This document shows positions 1-9,982 of a stretch of DNA of 64,000 nucleotides, piece after piece (position 1 is the first letter of the stretch; every line of letters starts with the position of its first letter). The stretch covers positions 192,001-256,000 of the forward strand of contig CAVXYC010000014.1 in assembly GCA_963765765.1 (NCBI GenBank), written 5' to 3'. Source of the stretch: an uncultured Chloroflexia bacterium (GTDB taxonomy: Bacteria; Chloroflexota; UBA6077; JACCZL01). A program made the position numbers and the translations under genes. The notes below the pieces were generated by a model. That model was not told where the DNA came from. It did no database searches and saw only the letters and a list, made by a program, of their open reading frames with translations.

Positions 1-1287
1 GAGACCTTGCTGGCGGCAAGCGGTGTTGGCCAACCGGAGTCCATCCGCGCCCGCTATCTGCTGAGCCATACCTCGTACGAGACCGTTGGAGGCGATCCGA
101 GGAAACGTTCGGTACGCTTCGAGACTTGCGTCCTCCAGTGCGCGGTTTTCCCAGAACCGACCAAGTGCGTAGAGCAACGGCAAGGCCGCGTTAATAGCGA
201 TCTCGGCGGCGCGGTCCCGACCGATGAGGCCGGACACCGGCGGAACAAGACTATGCTCCAGATCCAACAGGCTAGCCCATTCGCGTCCAGGGATGCTGAG
301 CTCGAAATAGCGGACGAGCGCACGCCCCGGGTGCGAATCCTCCAGGACAATTCGAGCGAGCTCAGTCAACGGCGCGGACCGATTGAACGCCACGGCCAAC
401 ACCGCCAGCGCTCCGAGCCTGCGGACTGGATGATTGCCCGGCCGAACGCGACGCGTCTCCCAGGCTGGCCCATCATCTACAGCTCGCCATCCGAAAGCTT
501 GCGCTCGATCCCAGGCACGCTCTACCGCTTCCGCGAAGAGCCCATGCGGCGCGATGTTCCGTTGACTTGGAAGAAGGCCGGCTGCGCCGAGCAGCGCCCC
601 GAAGACGGCGACCTCAGGCTCCGCTGGCTTGTCAACCTCTAGCAATGAACAAATGTCGTTGAAAGGCATCCGCTCCGCCAGATGTGTCATCGCGTCCGCA
701 TTGCGCGTGTATCCGAGCGCGCGAGCAACGCCGCGCCAGAGCAGCTCCGACGGCAGTATGACGGAGAGATCGCCTTCCAGCCGATCTGCTCGCGCGCTGA
801 ACCGCTGAATTCCGGCGCGCTCGAGCATCACGACGATCGCCGCGGGATCAGTCTGGCAGGGTGTGACCGCGAGCGCATGATCGCACTCGAATTCGATCTG
901 CAGCGTCTCAATGGGCCGGGCGAGGTGAGGTCCCAGCAACAGTGTCGGTACGCGATCACCCAGCACGTTCAGCGTGGGCCCGCTGCTATCCGCGTTCAAG
1001 ACCACGTGCAGCACAACCTGACGATAGGCCGGATCCCCCTGATGACCGTGCTGCTTCCAGTCCTTCGGGCTGACGTGAATCTCCACGTCACCGCGCTCGA
1101 TCCGTCCATCGGGCCAGGCGATCAACGCGCCCTGAAAATCGGGCTGCCCCTCGCCCCAGGATCGTCCCGGAAAGATCACCTGAACAGCGCGACCGTCAGT
1201 ACACACAAGCGGCCCGCGCAAGAGCTGTCGCTGCCAGATCCAGGCGACGAATCGCTCGCTCAGCCGTGGCGCCACTACCGCTGCCAT
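1..1287 (-). CDS. DUF2851 family protein (3' end runs off the window)
   Basis: Missing from the ORF track because there is no stop in the window. Manual minus-strand translation from ATG 1287 gives ...LSERFVAWIWQRQ...GQPDFQGA...GDVEIHVSPKDWKQHGHQGDPAYRQVVLHVV and, near position 1, LIGRDRAAEIAINAALP...TACRQQGL, which are DUF2851-type motifs. Confidence 0.85.
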   Translation of the reverse strand, partial: MAAVVAPRLSERFVAWIWQRQLLRGPLVCTDGRAVQVIFPGRSWGEGQPDFQGALIAWPDGRIERGDVEIHVSPKDWKQHGHQGDPAYRQVVLHVVLNADSSGPTLNVLGDRVPTLLLGPHLARPIETLQIEFECDHALAVTPCQTDPAAIVVMLERAGIQRFSARADRLEGDLSVILPSELLWRGVARALGYTRNADAMTHLAERMPFNDICSLLEVDKPAEPEVAVFGALLGAAGLLPSQRNIAPHGLFAEAVERAWDRAQAFGWRAVDDGPAWETRRVRPGNHPVRRLGALAVLAVAFNRSAPLTELARIVLEDSHPGRALVRYFELSIPGREWASLLDLEHSLVPPVSGLIGRDRAAEIAINAALPLLYALGRFWENRALEDASLEAYRTFPRIASNGLVRGMAQQIAGADGLRLANTACRQQGL

Positions 1288-1329
1288 ACGGCCAAGTGTA
1301 CGGCAGACCCAGACGTCAGAAGAGGGTGC

Positions 1330-1431
1330 GAATGACGAATGTAGAATGAAGAATTGTCGGCGGGCAACCGGTCCGCTTCTTCATCCTTAATTCTGCATTC
1401 GTCATTCAGCGCCCCTAACCCCTAACCCTAA
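1330..1431. repeat. Inverted heptamer array (GAATGAC/GAATGTA/GAATGAA ... ATTCTGCATTCGTCATTC) followed by CCCCTAA repeats
   Basis: 18-bp inverted repeat with one G-T pair across 1330-1407; CCCCTAA x2 plus CCCTAA at 1412-1431. Confidence 0.75.
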
Positions 1432-1440
1432 ATAGATACA

Positions 1441-2541
1441 ATGGCGGCAATGCAGAATTCCGACGATTCCGCCAGCCGGCTGGCCGAGCTTCGAGAGCGA
1501 ATCGACAAGATCGACGCACAGCTCGTCGCACTTCTGAATGATCGCGCGCGGGTCTCGCTTGAGGTCGGCCTGGTCAAGGGGCCGGACGCCCCGATCTTCG
1601 TTCCCGAACGGGAAGCTGAGCTTCTGGAGCACCTGAATGACAGCAACAGCGGACCGCTGAATGCCGAAGACCTGAGCAGCATCTATCGAGAGATCATCTC
1701 GTCATCACGTCGTCTCCAGCGTCCACTGAGCATTGCCTATTTCGGCCCAGCGGCCACCTTTACCCATCAGGCCGCGCTCCAGCGCTTCGGCCAGGCTAAT
1801 GAGTTCCTGCCGATGCCAACGATCGCCGACGTCTTTGGCGAGGTCGAACGGAGAGGGGCTGACTACGGAGTCGTTCCTATTGAGAATACGACCGAGGGAT
1901 CCGTTTACGAGACGCTCGATCTCCTGGCCTCCAAGGATCTCCGCGTGTGCGCCGAGATCACACTGCAGATCGCACAGAACCTGTTGGCCCGATGCACGCT
2001 AGACCAGATCACTACCGTCTACTCACATCGTCAGGGCATCGCTCAAACGCGGAACTGGCTGGCGGCGCACTTGCCGGGCCGAGATATTCGTGAGTCTCCC
2101 AGTACCGCGGCCGGCGCCGAAATGGCTTCCCGAGAGCCGCACACGGCCGCCATCGCGCCACGCCTGGCAGCCGAGGTCTACGGGCTCAATGTTATTGCCG
2201 AAAGCATCCAGGACCTGAGCAGCAACTACACGCGCTTCTTCGTCATTGGAGAGTCCGCGAGTGATCGGCCCACCGGACGAGACAAGACACTATTGCTCCT
2301 GAGCATTCGCGACCGTGTGGGGGCCCTTCGCGACATCGTTAACGAATTTGCCGACGCGGGTATCAACCTCAGCGCCATCCAGTCACGCCCATCGCGCCGG
2401 CGCGCCTGGGACTACCTGTTTTTCGTTGAGCTGCAGGGGCACATCGAAGAGCAGCGCGTGCGTGAGGCCGTCAAGCGGATCGAGCATCACTGCGTATCGT
2501 TAACTATTCTGGGCGCCTGGCCGGACGAACGAGTAGGCTGA
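1441..2541 (+). CDS. pheA: Bifunctional chorismate mutase / prephenate dehydratase
   Basis: N-terminal AroQ (LRERIDKIDAQLVALLNDR), VPIENTTEG, NYTRF, and an ACT domain with IQSRP. Confidence 0.95.
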   Translation: MAAMQNSDDSASRLAELRERIDKIDAQLVALLNDRARVSLEVGLVKGPDAPIFVPEREAELLEHLNDSNSGPLNAEDLSSIYREIISSSRRLQRPLSIAYFGPAATFTHQAALQRFGQANEFLPMPTIADVFGEVERRGADYGVVPIENTTEGSVYETLDLLASKDLRVCAEITLQIAQNLLARCTLDQITTVYSHRQGIAQTRNWLAAHLPGRDIRESPSTAAGAEMASREPHTAAIAPRLAAEVYGLNVIAESIQDLSSNYTRFFVIGESASDRPTGRDKTLLLLSIRDRVGALRDIVNEFADAGINLSAIQSRPSRRRAWDYLFFVELQGHIEEQRVREAVKRIEHHCVSLTILGAWPDERVG

Positions 2542-2689
2542 CCCAAGAGACGCAGCTCGAGATCGTGCCTTATGAATAGCGATGTCGTGCGGGTGCGCAT
2601 GTCACACTCTCAATACAGCGTTCGCTTGAAGACAAAGATCGTTGTATCGATAGGCATATACTTGGGCGCCAATTTCGAGGAGGAAACGC

Positions 2690-4213
2690 ATGCAGGTCCG
2701 TGTGGAGCCAATCACCGTGACGGAAATTGCGACGCCACTACTGGTCGTGAATCTGTTCGATGGAGTCGAGCTCCCGGGCGGTGCAACAGGCGCGGTAGAT
2801 CGGGCTATGGGCGGCTTGATCGGCCGTCTTGCCGCGAGGCGAGAAATCAACACCGATTTGGGCCAGGTCACCATCATCTACAACATGGGTCAGTTCAGCG
2901 GTCTCGCGGCGGAGCGAGTCGCCGTGGTTGGCCTGGGCAAGCAAGCTGACTTCGATCTCGAAGCGGCGCGAGTCGCAAGCGCGGCGGCCGCCCGAAAGGC
3001 GCGCGACCTCAAGATCGAGCGCTACGCCACCATTATCCATGGCGCTGGAATCGGTGGGCTGGACCCGGCTGACGCCACCCAGGCGGTCGTCGAAGCCTCG
3101 CATCTCGCCCTGTTTACCTTGACAGACTTCAAGAGTCCGCCTGAGAAACCAGTCACCGAAGTGCTCGAGCTAACGATCGTTGAGCGTGATCCCGAGCGCG
3201 TCGAGTGCATGCGTGGCCCGGCCGAGGTGGGCACGGCGTGCGCTGAGGCCACGATGATCACGCGCCGGCTCTCGAGCAGTCCGAGCAATGTCTGCACCCC
3301 TGAGTATCTGGCCAACCGGGCGCGTGAGGTGTGCGACCAGCATGGCCACGAGATCAGCATTTACGGCAAGGAAGAGCTGGAGCGCATGGGCTTTGGCGGC
3401 GTCCTGGCCGTGAATCAGGGGAGCGTCCTACCGCCCCGCTTCGTCGTCATGCACTACTCCAGCCCGCGCGCCACGAAGACGTTGGCCGTGGTCGGCAAGG
3501 GCATCACCTTCGACACGGGCGGCATCTCGATCAAACCTGCCGAGGGGATGGAGTGGATGCGCCACGACATGTCTGGCGCCGCCGCAACGATCGGCTTTAT
3601 GGATTTGATGGGCCGCCTGAAGCCGGACGTGAACGTCATCGGGCTGTTTGCCGCCACGGATAACATGCCTAGCGGAGCCGCCTACAAGCCAGGCGACGTC
3701 ATCAAGGCGTACAACGGCAAGATGATGGACATTCTCAACACCGACGCCGAAGGTCGGGTCACGCTGGCCGACGTGCTGGCCTATGCCGTGGAGCAGAAAC
3801 CCGACGCCATTGTGGACATGGCGACGCTCACCGGGGCATGCGTGGTTGCGTTGGGCTACTTCGCCAGTGGCGTGTTCGGCAACGATGACGCGCTCATTGA
3901 GCAGATGCGCCGAGCCGGCGATAAGTCAGGCGAGCGGGTCTGGCCACTGCCGCTTTGGCCTGTCTACCACAAGCAGATAGAGAGTCCACTCGGCGACATC
4001 AAGAACACTGGTGGACGTCCGGCTGGCTCCATCACTGCCGCCGCGTTTCTTCAGAATTTCGTCGGCGACGTTCCGTGGCTGCATCTCGACATTGCCGGTA
4101 CCGCGTACTCCACCGGCGATAAGAGCTGGATTCCGCCCTACCAGAACAAAAGTGAGTCCACGGGTGTGGGTGTGCGTTTGCTCTATCACTTCCTGCAGAT
4201 CTGGAATAACTGA
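2690..4213 (+). CDS. pepA: Leucyl aminopeptidase (M17)
   Basis: VGKGITFDTGG, DMSGAA, NTDAEGR, DMATLTGA, WLHLDIAG; RBS GAGGAGG. Confidence 0.95.
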   Translation: MQVRVEPITVTEIATPLLVVNLFDGVELPGGATGAVDRAMGGLIGRLAARREINTDLGQVTIIYNMGQFSGLAAERVAVVGLGKQADFDLEAARVASAAAARKARDLKIERYATIIHGAGIGGLDPADATQAVVEASHLALFTLTDFKSPPEKPVTEVLELTIVERDPERVECMRGPAEVGTACAEATMITRRLSSSPSNVCTPEYLANRAREVCDQHGHEISIYGKEELERMGFGGVLAVNQGSVLPPRFVVMHYSSPRATKTLAVVGKGITFDTGGISIKPAEGMEWMRHDMSGAAATIGFMDLMGRLKPDVNVIGLFAATDNMPSGAAYKPGDVIKAYNGKMMDILNTDAEGRVTLADVLAYAVEQKPDAIVDMATLTGACVVALGYFASGVFGNDDALIEQMRRAGDKSGERVWPLPLWPVYHKQIESPLGDIKNTGGRPAGSITAAAFLQNFVGDVPWLHLDIAGTAYSTGDKSWIPPYQNKSESTGVGVRLLYHFLQIWNN

Positions 4214-4372
4214 TTCGGGAATCAGCCACAAGCAGCTTCGAAGGGGCGGGGTTAGCTTGCTCGATCCGAGCACCCAATCGATGATTCGGAAATTGGATCG
4301 GGCGAGCCAGCGCCGCCACTTTTGCATACACCAGCCAAGCACGTCCCCACTCGATCGTTCATCCCGAGCCGC

Positions 4373-7300
4373 ATGCGTTTAAAGCCCACGTGGCGCCTCA
4401 CGGGCATCCGTTGGTCGATTGCAACCGCATTGTTCGCCGCGATGGCGATGCTGCTGTTTGTCCGTCAGCTTGGGCCCGATCGGGTCCTTCTCCCGGCAGA
4501 CGCCCTGTTCACGTTCCCGCCGTACGAGGCGGCTGCTTCGCAGCTCGGGGTGGTCTACCCTGAGAATCCGCTGGTGGCGGATACGATTCTCCAGAACTTC
4601 GGCTGGAAGCAGTTTGCCGCAAGCCAATGGCACGCTGGACAACCGCCGCTCTGGAATCCCTTCATTCTGAGCGGGCAGCCGTTCTTGGCTGCCGGACAGA
4701 ACGCCTCGCTCTACCCGCCTGGTGCGCTCTTTCACCTGCTGCCACTGCCTGATGCGTACGCGGCGTTTGCCATTGTGCACTTCACGCTCGCGGGCGTCTT
4801 CATGGCGATGTTTCTATCCGCCCTGGGCGCTGGCTGGCTCGGCCGCGTCACTGGCGGGCTGATCTTCGAGTTCTGTGGATTCTTGGTGGTGAGCGTGGTC
4901 TGGCCCATGATGGTCAGCACCGCGATCTGGCTACCACTGCTGCTCTGCGTGATCGAGCGCATTGTCTCGAGTCTGGGCCACTGGCGGCTCATCGTGCGTT
5001 GGACGGCCCTGGGCATCGCGGCTGTGGCGCTCCAGTTTCTGGCCGGGCATCTGGAAATCAGCTTTTACATTCTGGCGACCTGCGGGCTTTATGCGGCGCT
5101 TCGCCTGGCACCATCGCTGCTTCGTCGACCAATTCCGACGCTTGGGGCAGGAACAGCGCTTCTGGGCATGATCGGCGCCGGCACGCTGATCGCCGCGGTG
5201 CAGATCGTCCCATTCGTGGATGCGATCGGTCAGAACGTGCGTGTGGGCCAGGTCACGTTTGCAGACGTTCAAGGGTATGCCTTCGATCGCGGGCAATGGT
5301 GGACGTTTGCACTGCCCGACTTCTTTGGGAACCCGACACACCGAACGTATCTCGACGCCCGCGACGGAGCGATTCACACAGCGGAGCACCTCCGTCCACG
5401 ATCAGGCGGTGACGAATTCCGACGCGACACGGAATGGGGCAAGCGCAACTACGTAGAGGGCACCAGCTATCTGGGCATCAGCGCGCTCATTCTGGCGCTC
5501 ATCGGCGGAATGACCCGCCCGCGCCGAAGCTGGCCGCTTGTCGTCATCGCGGTCGCCTCGCTTTGTTTCGCGTTCGGAACGCCGCTCTACGCGCTGGTGT
5601 TCTACGGATTGCCCGGAGGCAACCAGGTTCATACGCCGTTCCGCTGGGTATATCCCTGGACCGTGTGTCTTGCCGCACTGGCCGGATTGGGGGGCGACGC
5701 GCTCACACGGCAGATCACGTCTGGGCGGCAGCGGCGTGCTGTCACCGTAGCAGCTATCGGGACCATTGCCTGCGGCTGCATGCTGGCCTTGAGCGCGATC
5801 TGGCTATGGCGCGCCGCGCAGACGCGTGCGCCCGCGCTTGATTCAATCGTTGCCCGCTGGTCCGAGATCCGAGACGGCTTCAGCGACGGCGCGACGTTCG
5901 CCGCCTACATCGCACCACAGTCACTTGCCACGGCCGTGTTGCTGGTACTTACCGGCATTCTGGTGCTCTCGGCGCTGCGTCGCCCCGCCCGATTCACCGT
6001 AGCCTTGCTCGCCACGCTACTAGCAGTCGATCTCTGGACCTTCGGTGTGGGATTCAACCCGGCCGGCCCCCGTTCGCTACTGACATACGAGCCGCCGGCG
6101 CTCGCCTTTCTGCGCGCGCAGCCAGGACCTTTCCGAATCGCCGCGCTCGGTCCCGCGGATGTGCTTCCGGCAAATCTGGCGATGCGAGCGGGTCTGGAAG
6201 ACGTACGCGGCTACGACACGATCATCAAGCGAGATTATGTCGACTATCTGAATCTCATCGAGCGGCCGGGCGCGCTGCTCTACAGCAAGATCGAGAAGCT
6301 GTTTGACGAACGCTCGCTCACTTCGCCTCTCTTCCATGCCCTGAACGTTGGCTACGTCCTGACGGAGCGATCGATCAACTTTCCGGGGTATGAGCTCGCC
6401 TTTTCGGATGGTATCCAGGTCTATCGCAATACCCGAGCGCTGCCCCGGGCGTTCATGGTCGGCGAAGCTCGCTTCGCGGGATCGGCGGAGGAGGCGCTGG
6501 AGATACTGAAGCGGATCGATCCGAGCCGCACGGTAGTGATTGAGGCCAATGGGTCATACCAATCGGCGGCGCAGTCCGAGCCATCTTCGGCAGAAGCGCG
6601 AATCGATATCACACGCGCCGAGGCGCAGCAGATCACGCTGCGTGCGTCATCGACCTCGGGCGGCTACCTCGTCGTCATGGACGCATTCGATCCTGGCTGG
6701 ACCGCCCAATTGGACGGGCAGGACACCCCTCTGCTGCGGGCCAATCGCGCGTTCCGGGCAATTGCCGTCCCCGCCGGCGAGCATGAGATTCGTATGCTTT
6801 ATCGGCCGCTGAGCTTCCGCGTGGGGATGCTGCTCAGCGGGATCGGCGGGCTCATTCTAGGTTCGATTGCGCTGGCCGGATTCTGGCCAGCACGTCGGGC
6901 TGTAGCCGTGGAGCGGTCGCCGCTGGGCGTCATAGTCCGCAACGTCAGCGCGCCGTTCGTGGCGAATCTGCTGAGCCGCGTCCTGGATCTAGGTCTGGCC
7001 CTGGTCATGTTCCGATTCCTTGGTCCAGCTGGTGTGGGGGCCTACACCTTCGCGATTGTTCTGACGGGGTACCTGGACATTCTGGCGGGGTTCGGCTTAG
7101 GCACACTGGTCACGCGTGACGCCGCTCGCGATCCGAGTCGCCTGGCCACCTATTTCGGAAACAGCCTTATCGCCAGGATGGGCTTCTGGCTCATCGCGGC
7201 CCTCGTTGCCTTGACTATCGTTGGCCCATTTGGAAGTCAGTTTGAGATCAGTGCCGATCTGGCTCTGGCGGTGGCGCTGTTGGTGGCGGGACTCCTGCCG

Positions 7301-8344
7301 TCCGGCGATTCGGCCACGGTGAGCGCGCTGCTTCAAGCGCGCGAGCGATTCGACATTCCCGCCGCCGTGACCATCGTGTCTGCCGTACTCAAGATTCTCT
7401 TCGGCCTCGCGGCACTCCTTGCTGGCTGGGGATTCGTCGGTCTGGCGGCCGTGTCGATATTGACGAATGTCGTTAGCGCGACATTGCTCACGATCCTGGC
7501 AGCGCAAGCCATCGAGCTTCCGCGACCAAAAGTAGACGCCGCACTCACCTGGCTCATGATTGTCGCTGCCTACCCGCTGATGTTGAGCCAGGTGCTTAAT
7601 GCGCTCTTCTTCCGCATGGATGCGTTGCTCCTGAAGCCGCTGGCCGGTGATGAAGCTCTCGGCTGGTACAGCACGGCCTATCGTTTTATCGATGCCTTCC
7701 AGATCATTCCCAGCACCGTGATCCTGGCGCTGTTTCCGCTGCTGTCGCGTCAGGCCGGTCATCGCGATGCCATCGTGAGAAGCGCTACTCTCACCCTGCG
7801 CGCTCTGCTGAGTCTGGCCTTTCCCATAGCCGTCGGCTGCACATTGCTCGCGGAACCGATTATCCTCGCGTTCGCCGGCGCCAGCTACGTTCCTCAGTCG
7901 GTCATCGCACTACAGATCCTGATCTGGTATCTGCCGCTGAGCTTCATCAACGGCCTTGCTCAGTACATGCTCATCGCGCGAGGACGGCAACGCATACTGA
8001 CGCTAGCCTTCGCTATCGGAGTAGTGTTCAATGTCGCCGCGAATCTGGCACTGATCCCACGCCTGGGCTATCAGGCAGCTGCCTGGATTACCGTGGTGTC
8101 TGAGGTCGTGCTGCTGATCCCATTCTGGCTCACCATGCGAGGCGAGCGAGTTGCCCCGGCACTTCCGAGGATCGTCTGGCGTCCGATCGTCGCCGCCCTC
8201 GTGATGGGCGCGGCGATCCTGCCGCTCGCTGGCCTGAGCCCGCTCCTGGCAGCCGTCATTGGCGCCACTGTGTACGCCATTGCGCTGGTAACCCTGAGGG
8301 GCGTGACACCGGATGAGCTAAAAGCGGTGCGACGGGCGCTGTGA
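4373..8344 (+). CDS. YfhO-family (GT-C-like) membrane protein fused to a C-terminal Wzx/oligosaccharide flippase
   Basis: PLWNP..LSGQPFLA, a YfhO-type C-terminus (PGWTAQLDG...ANRAFRAI.VPAGEHEI.MLYRP), then a polytopic flippase (RFLGPAGVGAY..AI, RMDALLL, GWYSTAYR). Start uncertain (ORF track 4322; ATG 4373). Confidence 0.8.
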   Translation: MRLKPTWRLTGIRWSIATALFAAMAMLLFVRQLGPDRVLLPADALFTFPPYEAAASQLGVVYPENPLVADTILQNFGWKQFAASQWHAGQPPLWNPFILSGQPFLAAGQNASLYPPGALFHLLPLPDAYAAFAIVHFTLAGVFMAMFLSALGAGWLGRVTGGLIFEFCGFLVVSVVWPMMVSTAIWLPLLLCVIERIVSSLGHWRLIVRWTALGIAAVALQFLAGHLEISFYILATCGLYAALRLAPSLLRRPIPTLGAGTALLGMIGAGTLIAAVQIVPFVDAIGQNVRVGQVTFADVQGYAFDRGQWWTFALPDFFGNPTHRTYLDARDGAIHTAEHLRPRSGGDEFRRDTEWGKRNYVEGTSYLGISALILALIGGMTRPRRSWPLVVIAVASLCFAFGTPLYALVFYGLPGGNQVHTPFRWVYPWTVCLAALAGLGGDALTRQITSGRQRRAVTVAAIGTIACGCMLALSAIWLWRAAQTRAPALDSIVARWSEIRDGFSDGATFAAYIAPQSLATAVLLVLTGILVLSALRRPARFTVALLATLLAVDLWTFGVGFNPAGPRSLLTYEPPALAFLRAQPGPFRIAALGPADVLPANLAMRAGLEDVRGYDTIIKRDYVDYLNLIERPGALLYSKIEKLFDERSLTSPLFHALNVGYVLTERSINFPGYELAFSDGIQVYRNTRALPRAFMVGEARFAGSAEEALEILKRIDPSRTVVIEANGSYQSAAQSEPSSAEARIDITRAEAQQITLRASSTSGGYLVVMDAFDPGWTAQLDGQDTPLLRANRAFRAIAVPAGEHEIRMLYRPLSFRVGMLLSGIGGLILGSIALAGFWPARRAVAVERSPLGVIVRNVSAPFVANLLSRVLDLGLALVMFRFLGPAGVGAYTFAIVLTGYLDILAGFGLGTLVTRDAARDPSRLATYFGNSLIARMGFWLIAALVALTIVGPFGSQFEISADLALAVALLVAGLLPSGDSATVSALLQARERFDIPAAVTIVSAVLKILFGLAALLAGWGFVGLAAVSILTNVVSATLLTILAAQAIELPRPKVDAALTWLMIVAAYPLMLSQVLNALFFRMDALLLKPLAGDEALGWYSTAYRFIDAFQIIPSTVILALFPLLSRQAGHRDAIVRSATLTLRALLSLAFPIAVGCTLLAEPIILAFAGASYVPQSVIALQILIWYLPLSFINGLAQYMLIARGRQRILTLAFAIGVVFNVAANLALIPRLGYQAAAWITVVSEVVLLIPFWLTMRGERVAPALPRIVWRPIVAALVMGAAILPLAGLSPLLAAVIGATVYAIALVTLRGVTPDELKAVRRAL

Positions 8345-8384
8345 TCGCCCCAGAGTCAGTCGTTCTTGCCAGGAGCCTTCGCGG

Positions 8385-8417
8385 GAGGAACCCTACCCAC
8401 GGGATGCGGCTCTGCCG
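8385..8417. repeat. Degenerate single copy of the REP found at 18295-18396
   Basis: GAGGAACCCTACCCACGGGATGCGGCTCTGCCG versus GAGGAACCGCACCCTCACGGGATGCGGCTCTGCCG at ~18364-18398. Confidence 0.75.
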
Positions 8418-8500
8418 CTCCTGACGCTTGCGTCACCCCGCTCCGTCCCACGTAACCTGAAGCTTGCTCGCTCGATCGCGAGCTATGCCTGGGAGGGCTC

Positions 8501-8887
8501 GTGCAGGTAACCGCTTCCGCCATCTCACTGAACGTCGCAAACGTCACCGCGTCGGCCGAATTCGCGACCCAACACTTCGCGTTTACGGAGACGATGTCTG
8601 CTGAAGGGTTCGTCTCTCTCGAACGTGCCGACGTTGGATTCAACCTGATCTTTCTACGTACGGGCCTCCAATCGTTCAAGCCCGTAAGCATGCGGGGCCA
8701 TTCGGCGGATGGTCTGCTGGTGGTCTTTGTCGTCGACGAGATCGATGCGGAGTACGAGCGCATCAAGAGTGAAGGTGTATCGGTCACCACACCGATCGAG
8801 ACGGAATCGTGGGGCGAACGCTACTTTCAGGTGACGGATCCCAACGGCGTGGTGTACCAGCTCGTTCAGTGGATGACTGGGACTTAG
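8501..8887 (+). CDS. VOC/glyoxalase family protein
   Basis: WGERYFQVTDPNG motif; RBS GGGAGG. Confidence 0.85.
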   Translation: MQVTASAISLNVANVTASAEFATQHFAFTETMSAEGFVSLERADVGFNLIFLRTGLQSFKPVSMRGHSADGLLVVFVVDEIDAEYERIKSEGVSVTTPIETESWGERYFQVTDPNGVVYQLVQWMTGT

Positions 8888-8965
8888 CCCAGAGGTGATT
8901 TGGACCGCGGCGTCTTGCCGCTTTACGGCTGAGCGAGCAGCTCGTCCGCCGGTGAAACGCAGCGC

Positions 8966-9499
8966 CTACTGAACGCTCGGTCGATCATGCTCGCCGACCT
9001 GAGCACCCAGGGTTTCGACGGCGTGGCCCAGGGCGGGAGCGATGACGTCCAGACATTCACGGACTGCCTTCGGGTTGCCGGGCAGATTCACGATGAGCGT
9101 TCGACCACGCACGCCCACCAGCGCTCTCGAGAGCATGGCTGCCGGAGTCTTCTGAAGACTGGCCGCCCGCATCGCTTCGGCCATGCCGGGTACTTCGAAG
9201 TCGATCACGGAAAGCGTCGCCTGGGGCGTGACGTCGCGTGGGGCGAGGCCCGTTCCGCCAGTCGTGAACACGGCGGCGAGATGCTGGTCATCCACCATGT
9301 CGCGGATTGCCGCGGCGATTTGATCTGCCTCGTCCGGGATCACAACCTGGACCTGGATACTCCCGCCCAGTGATTCAACCACCTCACGCAGGATTCGCCC
9401 ACCTTCATCCTCACGCTCGCCCCGTGATGACTTGTCACTCACGGTGATCAGTCCGGCCGAGAACGAGGCCTTCGATCCATGGCCGTGATGGTCAGTCAT
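8966..9499 (-). CDS. mog: MogA/MoaB family molybdopterin adenylyltransferase
   Basis: [29 protein letters not shown]. Confidence 0.9.
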   Translation of the reverse strand: MTDHHGHGSKASFSAGLITVSDKSSRGEREDEGGRILREVVESLGGSIQVQVVIPDEADQIAAAIRDMVDDQHLAAVFTTGGTGLAPRDVTPQATLSVIDFEVPGMAEAMRAASLQKTPAAMLSRALVGVRGRTLIVNLPGNPKAVRECLDVIAPALGHAVETLGAQVGEHDRPSVQ

Positions 9500-9982
9500 T
9501 GACGCTCTCCTCGCGCACGTAATGTCCGCTTTTCCCGCCAGTCTTCTCCATCAAGCGAACGCTGTCGATGATCATGTCCTTATCGACCGCTTTACACATG
9601 TCGTAAACGGTTAGCGCGGCGATACTTACGGCGGTGAGCGCTTCCATCTCGACCCCGGTCTTGCCGGTGACGCGCACGGTGGCGGAGATCTCCACTGCCG
9701 AGTCGTTTTCGTTGAGCTCGAAGGCAAGGTCGACGCCTGTGATCGGCAGCGGATGACATAGCGGAATCACCTCGGGCGTTCGCTTGGCGCCCATGACGCC
9801 GGCCACCTGGGCAATCCCAAGGACGTCGCCTTTGGCCATGCCACCATTACGCACCAGCTCAAGCGTCCGCGGGTCCATCAGTACGCGCCCACGCGCCGTG
9901 GCTACCCGCACGGTATCGTCTTGGCGCTCACATCCACCATCCGCGCGCGGCCCGATTCGTCGATGTGGGTGAAATCGCTCAT
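9492..9982 (-). CDS. moaC: Cyclic pyranopterin monophosphate synthase, with an apparent 1-nt frameshift near 9920
   Basis: The true N-terminus [21 protein letters not shown] (ATG 9982) is in another frame; then [24 protein letters not shown]. Confidence 0.92.

Noticed and set aside
7-1335. Plus-strand ORFs 7-642 and 682-1335
   Set aside because: They are antisense shadows of the minus-strand DUF2851 gene.
1412-1431. Telomere-like CCCTAA repeats
   Set aside because: Only three units, mostly the heptamer CCCCTAA; better explained as part of the heptamer repeat phenomenon.
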